From an uncultured Gemmataceae bacterium (lineage in GTDB: Bacteria > Planctomycetota > Planctomycetia > Gemmatales > Gemmataceae): a DNA stretch of 64,000 bases. The first letter of the stretch is position 1. Each line of letters begins with the position of its first letter. The DNA lies in assembly GCA_963750165.1 (NCBI GenBank), contig CAVVPN010000012.1, forward strand, positions 160,001 through 224,000, given 5' to 3'. Of this stretch, positions 30,170 to 39,187 are shown in pieces. Made by a program: the position numbers and the translations under genes. The notes beneath the pieces were generated by a model. That model made no database searches, was not told the origin of the DNA, and was given only the letters and a program-made list of their open reading frames with translations.

Positions 30170-31297
30170 ATGCGTTTACGTGCCCGCCACTACGCCACCG
30201 GTGAACGGCTCGATCTGGTCTGGGAACACGGCCGGCTGAGCGGCCTCGGCCCCGCGACCCGGGAGCCCGTGGACCTGGAGGCCGGCTGGGTCGCGCCCGC
30301 GCTGTTCGACCTGCAAATCAACGGCTGCCACGGCCACAGCTTCAACAGCCCTGCCCTCACCACCGCGGGCGTGCGCCACGTGGTCGAGCACGCCCGGCGG
30401 CACGGCATCGGCGCCCTGTGCCCGACCCTGGTCACCAACTCCTTCGACGCCCTGGCCCACGGTCTGCGCACCCTCCGCGCCGCCTGCGAGGCCGACGCGG
30501 TGCTGGCGCGAGCGCTGCCAGCGATCCACCTGGAGGGTCCGTACATCTCCGCCGAGGACGGGCCGCGCGGCGCCCACGCCCGACAGCACGTGCGACCGCC
30601 CGACTGGGATGAGTTCCGCCGCTTGCAAGAAATCTCCGGCGACCGCATCCGCCTGGTGACGCTCGCCCCCGAGCACGACGGGGCGCCGCGCTTCATCGAG
30701 CGGTTGGTCGCGGCCGGCGTCGTGGTGGCGCTGGGCCACACCGCGGCGCGGGCCGAGCACATCCGCGCTGCCGTCGCCGCCGGCGCCCGCCTGAGCACAC
30801 ACCTCGGCAACGGCGCGCACGCCCTGCTGCCGCGGCATGACAATTACCTCTGGGAGCAACTGGCCACCGACGCATTGTGGGCCAGCGTCATCTGCGACGG
30901 CCATCATCTGCCGGCCGCGGTCGTGCGCTGCCTGCTGCGCGTCAAGACGCCGGCGCGGACGGTGCTGACCTGCGACGCCAGCCCGCTGGCCGGACTGCCG
31001 CCGGGCCGCTACCGCGAATGGGAGCAGGAGTTCGAGATCGTGCCCGAGGGCAAAATCCTGGTCGCCGGCACCAGCTTCCTGGCCGGCTCCTGGGCCTTCA
31101 CCGACGTGTGCCTGGGAAACGCCATGCGCTTCGCTGGCGTCAGTCTGGCAGAGGCCATCGACATGGCGGCGCTGCGGCCGCGGCAACTGCTGGGCCTGCC
31201 GCTGCCGCGTCTGGAGGCCGGCGCCATCACAGACCTGTTGCTATTCGACTGGCAGCCCGGCGGCGCTGTGGTCGTCCGCGCCACGCTGGCGGCCTGA
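30170..31297 (+). CDS. nagA: N-acetylglucosamine-6-phosphate deacetylase
   Basis: DLQING, HLEGPYIS, LVTLAPE, GHT, THLGN, DGHH. Confidence 0.88.
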   Translation: MRLRARHYATGERLDLVWEHGRLSGLGPATREPVDLEAGWVAPALFDLQINGCHGHSFNSPALTTAGVRHVVEHARRHGIGALCPTLVTNSFDALAHGLRTLRAACEADAVLARALPAIHLEGPYISAEDGPRGAHARQHVRPPDWDEFRRLQEISGDRIRLVTLAPEHDGAPRFIERLVAAGVVVALGHTAARAEHIRAAVAAGARLSTHLGNGAHALLPRHDNYLWEQLATDALWASVICDGHHLPAAVVRCLLRVKTPARTVLTCDASPLAGLPPGRYREWEQEFEIVPEGKILVAGTSFLAGSWAFTDVCLGNAMRFAGVSLAEAIDMAALRPRQLLGLPLPRLEAGAITDLLLFDWQPGGAVVVRATLAA

Positions 31298-31300
31298 ACG

Positions 31301-31729
31301 TCACTGCTTGACGCGCTCATACACCACCAGGGCGCGCGAGGTGCCCTCCGCGGTGCGGAACTCGTTGGGCCGCGGGTTGGGCGCGACGCAGTAGCAGACG
31401 ATGAGCCGGTCGTCCTTCAGGTAATAGATACCGACCGACTTCAGGCCCTTGTTGGCCCCTTCGAGGATCTCCGTATTGATGTGGCCGGGATCCTTGGTCC
31501 CGTCCAGCTTGATGGTGCCGGCCATCGTGTCCTTGCCGGCCTTCATCTCAAAGCGGCTGCCCCGGATGGTCATGCGGTCGGTGGCGAAGCCCTTTTCGAG
31601 CTTCTTGCCGTTGATCTCGACCGATACGGTGCGCCAGGCTCCCTGCATGGCCTTGAGGTCGCGCTTGCCCGCGTCGTCGCCGGCGCCCAGCAACAGCCCT
31701 AGCAGTAACGTCGCCGCCTGTGCGGTCAT
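31301..31729 (-). CDS. TIGR03067-domain exported protein
   Basis: DLKAMQGAW..VSVEING...GIY.LKDDRL..C....RP.EF. Confidence 0.85.
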   Translation of the reverse strand: MTAQAATLLLGLLLGAGDDAGKRDLKAMQGAWRTVSVEINGKKLEKGFATDRMTIRGSRFEMKAGKDTMAGTIKLDGTKDPGHINTEILEGANKGLKSVGIYYLKDDRLIVCYCVAPNPRPNEFRTAEGTSRALVVYERVKQ

Positions 31730-31845
31730 GGTCGGTCTCCCGGTGAGGGTGATACACTTTCCCCCGAGCGTACCACTTTCCCGCAGCGTAATCCAGCGGT
31801 AGGATGCCCCGAGACCGATTGCCACAGCAAGGGGAAGACGGGTCA

Positions 31846-32184
31846 TGCCAACCCAGCGGCTACCCCTCCCACGTCGCGCGCGAGGACGGCAACCAGTGTC
31901 AGCTGAAATGGACCGCCAACCTGGAGCAGGGGTTGAAGGGCTACCGCGTCTACCGCATGGAAGGCCCACGCATCAACGGCCCCGGCCAGAAGGTGACGCG
32001 CCGAACCGCCGAGCCGTTGGCGCAGCCGAGCTACACGGACGCGGCCGCCGGCAAGGACACGCGCCGATTCTGGGTTGTCGCCGTCGATGCCCTGGGGCAG
32101 GAGGGACTGCCGTCGGCCCCGTCGTGGCACTACCGGCAGCACCGCAAGTATTACGAGCCGTTCGTCGGCGCCTGGCACCAGTGA
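31846..32184 (+). pseudogene. Orphan FN3-like C-terminal fragment of a larger exported protein
   Basis: LKWTAN.EQGLKGYRVYR...YTD...FWVVAVDALGQEG FN3 pattern; no RBS or signal peptide. Confidence 0.55.
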
Positions 32185-32187
32185 GGG

Positions 32188-32403
32188 TCAAGCCGGCGGC
32201 TCGGGTGACGCGGCATCGGTCCCGTTCGGTGCGCGCTCCCCAACCGGCCCCGGCGGCGACTCGGGCGACAGGGTCGCGTCCGGGTGCCGGCTCCGGTGCT
32301 TGATGAGACAGTCCAGCGAGCAAAAGGACTGCCGGCAGGGGTGGCAGAAGAAGGCGCTCAGCAGTTTGCGCCCGCACTCCTGACAATTGCTGCAGCTGTA
32401 CAT
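32188..32403 (-). CDS. 71-aa zinc-finger protein (HIT/MYND-like)
   Basis: GGAGGGG RBS before ATG 32403; CQEC-x9-CHPC-x4-CSLDC-x3-H. Confidence 0.7.
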   Translation of the reverse strand: MYSCSNCQECGRKLLSAFFCHPCRQSFCSLDCLIKHRSRHPDATLSPESPPGPVGERAPNGTDAASPEPPA

Positions 32404-32547
32404 GAGCCCCTCCGTTGCCAGGTATTTCACGCAAACCCTGTGCCGTCCACTCCTCGCGCCCCCGACGACCCCCGGGCTTCTCCCACATTTCGTTTGTCGC
32501 CTGCGCAGTGCGCTGGGTATGCTCCTGGGAACCAAGGAGCCCCGACC

Positions 32548-33900
32548 ATGTTCATCCTGAGTGGCAGTCCCGTGGAGTTCTTCCTGATGCTGGCGCTGGG
32601 CGCCGGCGGTCCCTTCGCCGACATGGCGTCGCTGCTGACGCCGGAAGCCTACTTCCGCTCGCGCAACGTTGAACTCACCGTGCCCAATCTGGTGCAACGG
32701 GTTGTCACGGCACCGAAGGGCGGTAAGGCCGAACTGCAACAGTTGCTGGCCATTCGCCTGCTCGTCATCGACCCCGACGAGGTGCGCAACGACAAGACGG
32801 TACGCCAGGCGCTGGAAGACGTGGCCGCCGGCAAGAAGGGCCAGGACCGCCTCGGCTTCGCGAAGCAATACGCCGGCTGGGCGCTGGCTCGCCTCACCGG
32901 GGCCAAGCCGCCGCCGCCCGCGGTTACCGCCGGCGGCCTGGCCGACGCCTTTGCCTGGTTCCCCGCGGACGTGACCTGGGCCGCCGCGGTCGATCTGCGG
33001 CCGACCGCCAGGGTGCCGCCGCACGACTTCGGCCACCTGAAGACGTTGTTCGACCGGCAGCTGCGGCCCGGCAGCGAAGCGGCCCTGTTCGCCTTCGCGG
33101 AGCAGGTAGGCAACTGCCGCCTGGACCGCGTGGCGTTCGGCCTCAGCATGGGGCCGAACCCCAAGGACGGGCCGGAGCGCGTCTTCGTGCGGTTGACCGG
33201 GTTGGCGGACCACGGGCGGTTGGTGGCGTATTTGAAGTCGGTCAACCCTGGCATCCGCGTGGAGTCGCGCAAGGACGGCAAGGAACCGGTGACAGTGCTG
33301 AGTCACGCCAACCGCGCGCCGGCGTTCGTGGTCATCGGCGATCGTGAGCTGGTCATCGCCGGCCCTGCCAACAACAGCGCCGACGCCGCCGCGGCCGTGG
33401 CCGCGCTGCTCGACGTGCGGGCCGGCCGCAAAAAAGGCCTGACCGCTGGCCCCCTGGCGGCCCGGCTCAAGCAGGTCGGCCCGAGCTGCTTCGGCCTGGT
33501 GATCGGGGCCGTACCGGCGGACTTCCCGCTCCTGCTGGGCGGCCTGGACGGGCTCAAATTGCAGGATTATCCGCAGTTGGTCTGGCTGGAACTGCTGCGC
33601 GACGCCAAGGGGGTGGAGCTGAAAATGCAAGGCACGATGGCCGACGCCGCGGCCGCCAAACGGTTTTGTCAGCAGGTGACCGACGCCGCCGAGGCCAGCC
33701 TGGGCAGGCTCAAGCTGTTCAAGAACGTGCTACCCGAGGAGGTGCTGGAGCAGACGCGGAAAATGCTGCTGGCGACGCGGATCGAGTCGAAGGAGGCGAC
33801 GGTGCGTGTCGGCCTGGTCGTGCCCACGGCGGTGCTGCGCGTGTTGCCGGGCTTGCTGCCGGCGCGACTCACCAACGGCATCGGGGGCAAGCAGGAATGA
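32548..33900 (+). CDS. Hypothetical exported protein
   Basis: AAGGAG RBS; long ORF with typical codon bias; no motif recognised. Confidence 0.75.
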   Translation: MFILSGSPVEFFLMLALGAGGPFADMASLLTPEAYFRSRNVELTVPNLVQRVVTAPKGGKAELQQLLAIRLLVIDPDEVRNDKTVRQALEDVAAGKKGQDRLGFAKQYAGWALARLTGAKPPPPAVTAGGLADAFAWFPADVTWAAAVDLRPTARVPPHDFGHLKTLFDRQLRPGSEAALFAFAEQVGNCRLDRVAFGLSMGPNPKDGPERVFVRLTGLADHGRLVAYLKSVNPGIRVESRKDGKEPVTVLSHANRAPAFVVIGDRELVIAGPANNSADAAAAVAALLDVRAGRKKGLTAGPLAARLKQVGPSCFGLVIGAVPADFPLLLGGLDGLKLQDYPQLVWLELLRDAKGVELKMQGTMADAAAAKRFCQQVTDAAEASLGRLKLFKNVLPEEVLEQTRKMLLATRIESKEATVRVGLVVPTAVLRVLPGLLPARLTNGIGGKQE

Positions 33901-33917
33901 GCGAGCCGTTGAATGGG

Positions 33918-34192
33918 ATTTCACCGCAGCGAACGCAGAGCGCGCGGAGAGAAGACCGAGGAATCGATCCACAGATGACACAGCTGCCACAGCTCGAGCG
34001 GTTCGCAGTTGGGTGTAGCGGAAGTCGCCAGACTTCCGTCCGGTGCTGCTCGGAAGTCTGGCGACTCCCGCTACACCCATTCGCAATCTGCAATAAAGAC
34101 CAATTAACATGTCTTTATCTGGGTTCATCTGTGTCATCTGTGGATCCTCTTTGGTTTTTTCTCTGCGCGCTCTGCGCTCTCTGCGGTGAAAT
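33918..34192. repeat. Triple-nested palindromic element
   Basis: Outer TTCACCGCAG.../...CTGCGGTGAA, middle GATCCACAGATGACACAG.../...CTGTGTCATCTGTGGATC (33966-34146), inner GTAG REP doublet (34011-34078). Confidence 0.85.
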
Positions 34193-34211
34193 ATTTTTCA
34201 AGGAGTCATTC

Positions 34212-34994
34212 ATGGATGTCGTCGCCTACAACCAGGCCGCCTGGGACCGCAACGTGCAGCGCGGCAATCGCTGGACGCTACCGGTCAGCCCCGAAGTGAT
34301 CGCGGCGGCGCGGCGCGGCGACTGGCACATCATCCTGACGCCGACGAAGCCGGTGCCGCGCGACTGGTTCCCGGCGCTGGCCGGGGCGCGGTTGCTGTGC
34401 CTGGCGGGCGGTGGCGGTCAGCAGGGGCCGATCCTGGCGGCCGCCGGCGCCCACGTCACCGTCTTCGACAACTCAACCGCCCAGCTCGGCCAGGACGCCC
34501 ACGTCGCCGCGCGCGACGGCCTGCCGCTGACGACCGTCCACGGTGACATGACCCAACCGCTGCCGTTCACCACCGGCGAGTTCGACCTGATCGTCCACCC
34601 CTGCTCGAACTGCTTCATCCCAGATGTGCGGCCGCTGTGGCGTGAGGCCAGCCGCGTGCTGCGGCCCGGCGGCACCCTGCTGGCGGGCTTCTGCAATCCC
34701 GTGGCCTTTCTGTTCGACGAGGAACTGAAGAACCAGGGCACGTTGCAGATGTGTTTCTCGGCGCCGTACTCGGACCTGACGAGCCTGAGTGAGGCCCAGC
34801 GTCGCCGCTACATCGACGAGGGGCTGCCGCTGGTGTTTGGCCACACACTGCAGGACCAGATCGGCGGACAACTCGACGCCGGGCTGCAGATGCTCGGCTT
34901 TTACGAGGATTATCACGATCCGAAGGAAGATTTGCTGGCCCGCTACCTGCCGACCTTCGCGGCGACGCGCTGCGTCAAACCGGCCAACCCGTGA
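34212..34994 (+). CDS. Class I SAM-dependent methyltransferase
   Basis: [34 protein letters not shown]. Confidence 0.92.
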   Translation: MDVVAYNQAAWDRNVQRGNRWTLPVSPEVIAAARRGDWHIILTPTKPVPRDWFPALAGARLLCLAGGGGQQGPILAAAGAHVTVFDNSTAQLGQDAHVAARDGLPLTTVHGDMTQPLPFTTGEFDLIVHPCSNCFIPDVRPLWREASRVLRPGGTLLAGFCNPVAFLFDEELKNQGTLQMCFSAPYSDLTSLSEAQRRRYIDEGLPLVFGHTLQDQIGGQLDAGLQMLGFYEDYHDPKEDLLARYLPTFAATRCVKPANP

Positions 34995-35001
34995 CGGCCC
35001 G

Positions 35002-35814
35002 TTACCAGTGCCCGAACAGGCGCAGCCGGCGGAGGCTGATCGTCCAGGACGCCGCCAGGTAGAGCATCGGGAAGGTCAGCGACAGCAGCACGAGCCAGCG
35101 CGGCGGCCCGCCGTCGGCGTCCCCGGACGCGGCGGCGCTCACCAGTTCCACCAGCACCCAGACGAGCAGTACGCCCCAGGTCACACCCAAAACGTTGGCC
35201 AGGCGGTTGAGCAGGCCACGGCCGCGGCTGGGATACAGATACAGGCTCGGTACGAACGTCAGCACCGCCAGCAGCCACAGCACGGCCAGGCTGACGCCCG
35301 TCGTCGGCCGCAGCAGGTACAGATACAACGCCACGACGTTCCACAGCGACGGGAAGCCGCGGAAGTAGCCGTCTGCCGTCTTGGCGTCCACCTGGCAGAA
35401 GCCGTAGACGCTCGCCAGCAGCGGCACCAGCAGGCACCAGCCCAGGCCCTCCGGCAGCACCTGGGCCCGCCACAACAGCAGCAGCGGCAGCGCGGTGTAG
35501 GTCAGGAAATCGATGAGGTCGTCCAGGTGAGCACCGTCAAAGCCGGGCAGCACTTCCTTGACGCGGACGGCGCGGGCCATCAGGCCGTCAGTGCTGTCCA
35601 CCAGCGTGGCGGCCAGCATCAGCACGAACGCCCAGGCGAAGCCGAGCGCGTCGCCGCGGACGACGAGCACCGCCATGCCGGCCGCGGCCACCAGCCCCAG
35701 GGCGGTGTAAAAGTGGACGCCCCAGGCCAGCGCCTGCCGCAGCCGCAGCGCCGCCGACGGCCGCGTCTCCACTTCCGTTGATGCTGCTTCCGCCGCCACG
35801 TCAATCTGGCTCAT
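35002..35814 (-). CDS. pcs: Phosphatidylcholine synthase (CDP-alcohol phosphatidyltransferase)
   Basis: VHFYTALG, DSTDGLMAR..RVKE..P.FDG..LDD.IDFLTY, KT.D.YF.GFPS.WN. Confidence 0.85.
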   Translation of the reverse strand: MSQIDVAAEAASTEVETRPSAALRLRQALAWGVHFYTALGLVAAAGMAVLVVRGDALGFAWAFVLMLAATLVDSTDGLMARAVRVKEVLPGFDGAHLDDLIDFLTYTALPLLLLWRAQVLPEGLGWCLLVPLLASVYGFCQVDAKTADGYFRGFPSLWNVVALYLYLLRPTTGVSLAVLWLLAVLTFVPSLYLYPSRGRGLLNRLANVLGVTWGVLLVWVLVELVSAAASGDADGGPPRWLVLLSLTFPMLYLAASWTISLRRLRLFGHW

Positions 35815-35988
35815 GGCCTTCCTCCCTGTGCGGCCGCGCGGGCCGCCCCCCGGTCCTCGCCTGCATTCAGGGTAGGTGTATTTTGATGATTCCGCGACGC
35901 CGGAATCGTGTCAAGGAGAAATGACGGGGCGGCGGTGCCGCCCTTTGGAAGATGAGGTCATCCGGAAGTGTCTTGGATTTTCGTGGTG

Positions 35989-36051
35989 GGTCGGAGCCTG
36001 AGCGCCAGCCAGGGGCCAGGTCTGCCCCGCGCTGGCGCTCGGGCTCCGACC
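35989..36051. repeat. Palindromic REP-like element (GAGCCCGAGCGCCAGC family)
   Basis: Inverted arms; near-identical copy at 59666-59726. Confidence 0.85.
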
Positions 36052-36080
36052 AGAAACAAGAAACCGCGGCGGGGGCGCCG

Positions 36081-36584
36081 TCAGGGCCGCAGGCGGCGCA
36101 GGATGTCCAGCACGCTGATGACGCCGACCAGCACGCCGGCGCGGTCCACCACGAATAGCCGGTGGACCTTGAGGGTCAACAGCTCCTCGATAACCCGGGT
36201 CACGGGGGCGTCCGGCGGCACCGCGAACACTGCGGGCGTCATGATGTCGGCCACCGTCGTCCGATCGACGCGCTCCACCTGGAAGCCACGCGGCAGCAGC
36301 TCGCCGGCGTCGGTGGCAAGCTCGCCGCGGTGGTAGAACTCTGGCGCCGCGTACTCGACGCGCTCGCGCTCGTGAACCAGGATGTCGCTGCGACTGATGA
36401 CGCCGACCGGCTTGCCGGCGTCGTCGATCACCGGGGCGGCGCTGAAGCCCTTGTCAACGAGCAGGGCCATCGCCTCGCGCACCGTGGCGTTCTCGCGCAC
36501 CGACACGGGGTTGGGCATCATCAGGTCTTCGGCCGTCTCCGCGTGGAGCACCAGCGGGCCGGCCAGGGTCAAGGATTCGTTCAT
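36081..36584 (-). CDS. CBS-domain pair protein
   Basis: AAPVID..G..VGVISRSD; HRLFVVD..G.LVGVIS..D. Confidence 0.92.
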   Translation of the reverse strand: MNESLTLAGPLVLHAETAEDLMMPNPVSVRENATVREAMALLVDKGFSAAPVIDDAGKPVGVISRSDILVHERERVEYAAPEFYHRGELATDAGELLPRGFQVERVDRTTVADIMTPAVFAVPPDAPVTRVIEELLTLKVHRLFVVDRAGVLVGVISVLDILRRLRP

Positions 36585-36627
36585 GGCGGGCCTCCTTTGT
36601 CGGTCAAGGGTCTCGGGTCGGGCGAAC

Positions 36628-37174
36628 TCAGCAGCCGCACGACGTCATGCGGGAGGCGTCCTCGGCTGCGGGGGTTAACTCGTGCAGCCGACGCACCTCG
36701 TCGGCATGGGCCAGGGCCGCCAGCAGGTCCGTGCTGGAGACGACGCCGAGCGGGCGGTTGTCGGGGCGGACGACAATGACGCGGTGGATGTGGGCGTCGA
36801 GCATCTTGCGCCAGTTCGCCGATGGGCGTGGCCGGCGGCACCAACACCGGGTCCGGCGTCATGTGCGCCCGTACCTCGTAGTCGGGCAGCGTGTCGGGGT
36901 CCAGGAACTGCCAGGCGCGGGAGTAGGTGGAGGCCGCATCGCACGGCGGCGGGCAGTGGCCCTTGCCGGTCTCCACCCAGTGCAGAAAATCGGTGGCCGA
37001 AAGCACGCCGATACAGCGGCCCGCTTCATCGACGACCGGCGCGCCGGTGATGTGGGACTGAGACAGCAGACGGGCGGCCGCGGGCAGGGTCATGTGTGCG
37101 GGGACCATGACGATCGACTGGCTCATCAGGTCCGCCGCCGTCAAGGCGAACAACGGTTTGTGGATGGCGATCAT
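36628..37174 (-). CDS. CBS-domain pair protein with one frameshift (~36808)
   Basis: MIAIHKPL..LTAADLM...GAPVVDE; after the shift MLDAHIHRVIVV...GVVSSTDLL; AGGAGG RBS. Confidence 0.85.
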
Positions 37175-37386
37175 GATCGTACCTCCTGAGAGCGGAGAGG
37201 AGTTTAGGCTGAAGCGCGAAAGATATGTGAGCAAACGATGTGCCGGCGATCTCGGCCTCCACTGCATCCTGGAAAAGACGCATCGGGCGTGGGAACCGCC
37301 CGGGCCCACTGCTCCTGTTCCGCACAGTCGGCTGGGCGGAACCGACGCACCGGCCTCCTCCTCTCCCTCCTCACAGGAAGGTGTCG

Positions 37387-38304
37387 CTAACCGGGCGTCG
37401 TCCGCAGCGTCCCCACCACCTCGCGCACGCTGCCGGCCCCCAGTTGTGCCAACGACCCCGGCAGCGCCTGCGCCACGCGCACCGATGCCGTCGGGTCGTA
37501 GAAGTTCACCGTCCCCAGCTGCACCGCCGTGGCGCCGGCCACCAGAAACTCCATCACATCGTCCAGCGTCGCGATGCCGCCGACGCCGATGATCGGCACC
37601 CGCACCTTCTGCGCCACCTGCCACACCAGCCGCAGCGCCAGCGGCTTGATCGCCGGCCCGCTCAGGCCGCCGGTCACGTTGCCCAGGATTGGCCGCCGTC
37701 GCTTCCAGTCCACCGCCATGCCCACGAACGTGTTCACCAGCGACACCGCGTCCGCCCCCCCGTCCACCGCCGCCTGCGCGATCGGCACGACGTTCGTCAC
37801 ATTCGGCGTCAGTTTGGCGATCAGCGGCAGCGGACAGACGCGGCGGACGCCCTCGACCACGCGCCACGTCAGCGCCGGGTCCGTGGCGAAGTCGATGCCG
37901 CCCGCGACGTTCGGACACGACAGGTTCAACTCCAGCGCCGCCAGGCCGGGTTCGCGGCCGATCTGTTCCGCCATCGCGAAGAAGTCCTCGGTGTCCTCGC
38001 CGGCGATGTTGGCGATGATCGCGGTCGGCAGCGTCCGCAGGTAGGGCAGGTGGTGCGCGATGAAGTGGTCGATGCCGTCGTTGTCGAGGCCGATGGCGTT
38101 GAGCATGCCGCTGGCGGTCTCGACGGTGCGCGGCGGTTTGTTGCCGACGCGTGGGTGGCGCGTGACGGTCTTGGGGATGACTCCGCCGAGTTGCGCGAAA
38201 TCGACGACGCCGGCCAGTTCGCGCGCGTAGCCGAAGGTGCCCGACGCCACCAGGACGGGGTTGCGCAGGTGCAGGCGGCCGAGGGTGACGGCGAGGTTCG
38301 GCAT
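37387..38304 (-). CDS. pyrD: Dihydroorotate dehydrogenase (family 1)
   Basis: [42 protein letters not shown]. Confidence 0.96.
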   Translation of the reverse strand: MPNLAVTLGRLHLRNPVLVASGTFGYARELAGVVDFAQLGGVIPKTVTRHPRVGNKPPRTVETASGMLNAIGLDNDGIDHFIAHHLPYLRTLPTAIIANIAGEDTEDFFAMAEQIGREPGLAALELNLSCPNVAGGIDFATDPALTWRVVEGVRRVCPLPLIAKLTPNVTNVVPIAQAAVDGGADAVSLVNTFVGMAVDWKRRRPILGNVTGGLSGPAIKPLALRLVWQVAQKVRVPIIGVGGIATLDDVMEFLVAGATAVQLGTVNFYDPTASVRVAQALPGSLAQLGAGSVREVVGTLRTTPG

Positions 38305-38305
38305 G

Positions 38306-38941
38306 TCACTCACCAGGTTGGAATTGCTCATCGGAACTGGGCACCGTGGCGGGCCAGGTTTGAATGCCGTCGGGCGGCAGTGGGGGACGATCCTGGTTGC
38401 GCATCTGCTCCCAGGTGATCCGGGGCGCCTTGTGTCGAAACCCCTCCGTGGCGCGGCGCAGCGCCTTTAACTTCCAGGCGAACTCCACGGAAATCCCCGC
38501 CAGCGTCAGGCTCACTTCGTCATACGCCGGGCAAGAAAACCCGTTCAGTCGCAGCGCCACCGCCCCGAAGAACCAGAATACCAGACTACCCCACACCGCC
38601 ACGCAGAGTAGTCCGGCCGAGTCCCCGTGCTGCCCCGTGGGCGGAAACACGCCGGTGAAGAGACACGTCCCGGCCGTGGCCACGACCGCCAGCGCCAGCA
38701 ACCCGAGGCCGGTCAGGTTACGCCAGCCCGCGAGGTGTTTGTGGCGGTCGCAAAACGGCAAGCGGACCCAGAGCTGGTCGGTCCCGGTGGGGGCGTACGG
38801 CAAGATCAAGTACGGCAGGCCGAACAACCCGGTGAACACCGCCCGGTCGCGCAGGGCGGTCGCCGGTTGCCCGCAGCGCACGCAACAGCCCGGCACGTCT
38901 CCGTGGTAAGCCTCCGCCAACAAGAAGCGCACTCTTGCCAT
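38306..38941 (-). CDS. Hypothetical membrane protein with N-terminal CxxC zinc site
   Basis: [18 protein letters not shown] segments. Confidence 0.75.
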   Translation of the reverse strand: MARVRFLLAEAYHGDVPGCCVRCGQPATALRDRAVFTGLFGLPYLILPYAPTGTDQLWVRLPFCDRHKHLAGWRNLTGLGLLALAVVATAGTCLFTGVFPPTGQHGDSAGLLCVAVWGSLVFWFFGAVALRLNGFSCPAYDEVSLTLAGISVEFAWKLKALRRATEGFRHKAPRITWEQMRNQDRPPLPPDGIQTWPATVPSSDEQFQPGE

Positions 38942-38975
38942 GCTCAGCCAGCGGGTTGGATGCGGTCGTCCGGGG

Positions 38976-39018
38976 CGAAGGTGCCCGATGCCACCAGGAC
39001 GGGGTTGCGCAGGCGCAG
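38976..39018 (-). repeat. Duplicate of the pyrD 5' segment (direct repeat of 38232-38274)
   Basis: 43 bp with 2 mismatches, encoding [12 protein letters not shown]. Confidence 0.85.
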
Positions 39019-39084
39019 CAAGGATCAAACCGGCGAAGGGATTGGCGTAGGAGGTCGATGAGGGATCGGAACCCGCGCTCTCTT

Positions 39085-39173
39085 CCGCTTGCGGCTGAGC
39101 GGGCTGCGACCTTCCCGGCGCTGGAAAGATTTGCTAGCGCCAGAAGGGCCGCAGCCCGCTCAGCCGCAAGCGG
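39085..39173. repeat. Palindromic REP-like element
   Basis: CCGCTTGCGGCTGAGCGGGCTGCG ... CGCAGCCCGCTCAGCCGCAAGCGG. Confidence 0.85.
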
Positions 39174-39187
39174 TCGAAAAGACCGCA

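Noticed and set aside
33666..34211. N-terminal ORF extensions (also 18516-18956, 61597-61683, 62671-62790)
   Set aside because: Read-through of repeats or intergenic DNA; family similarity starts at the downstream start codon, which in some cases has a clear RBS.
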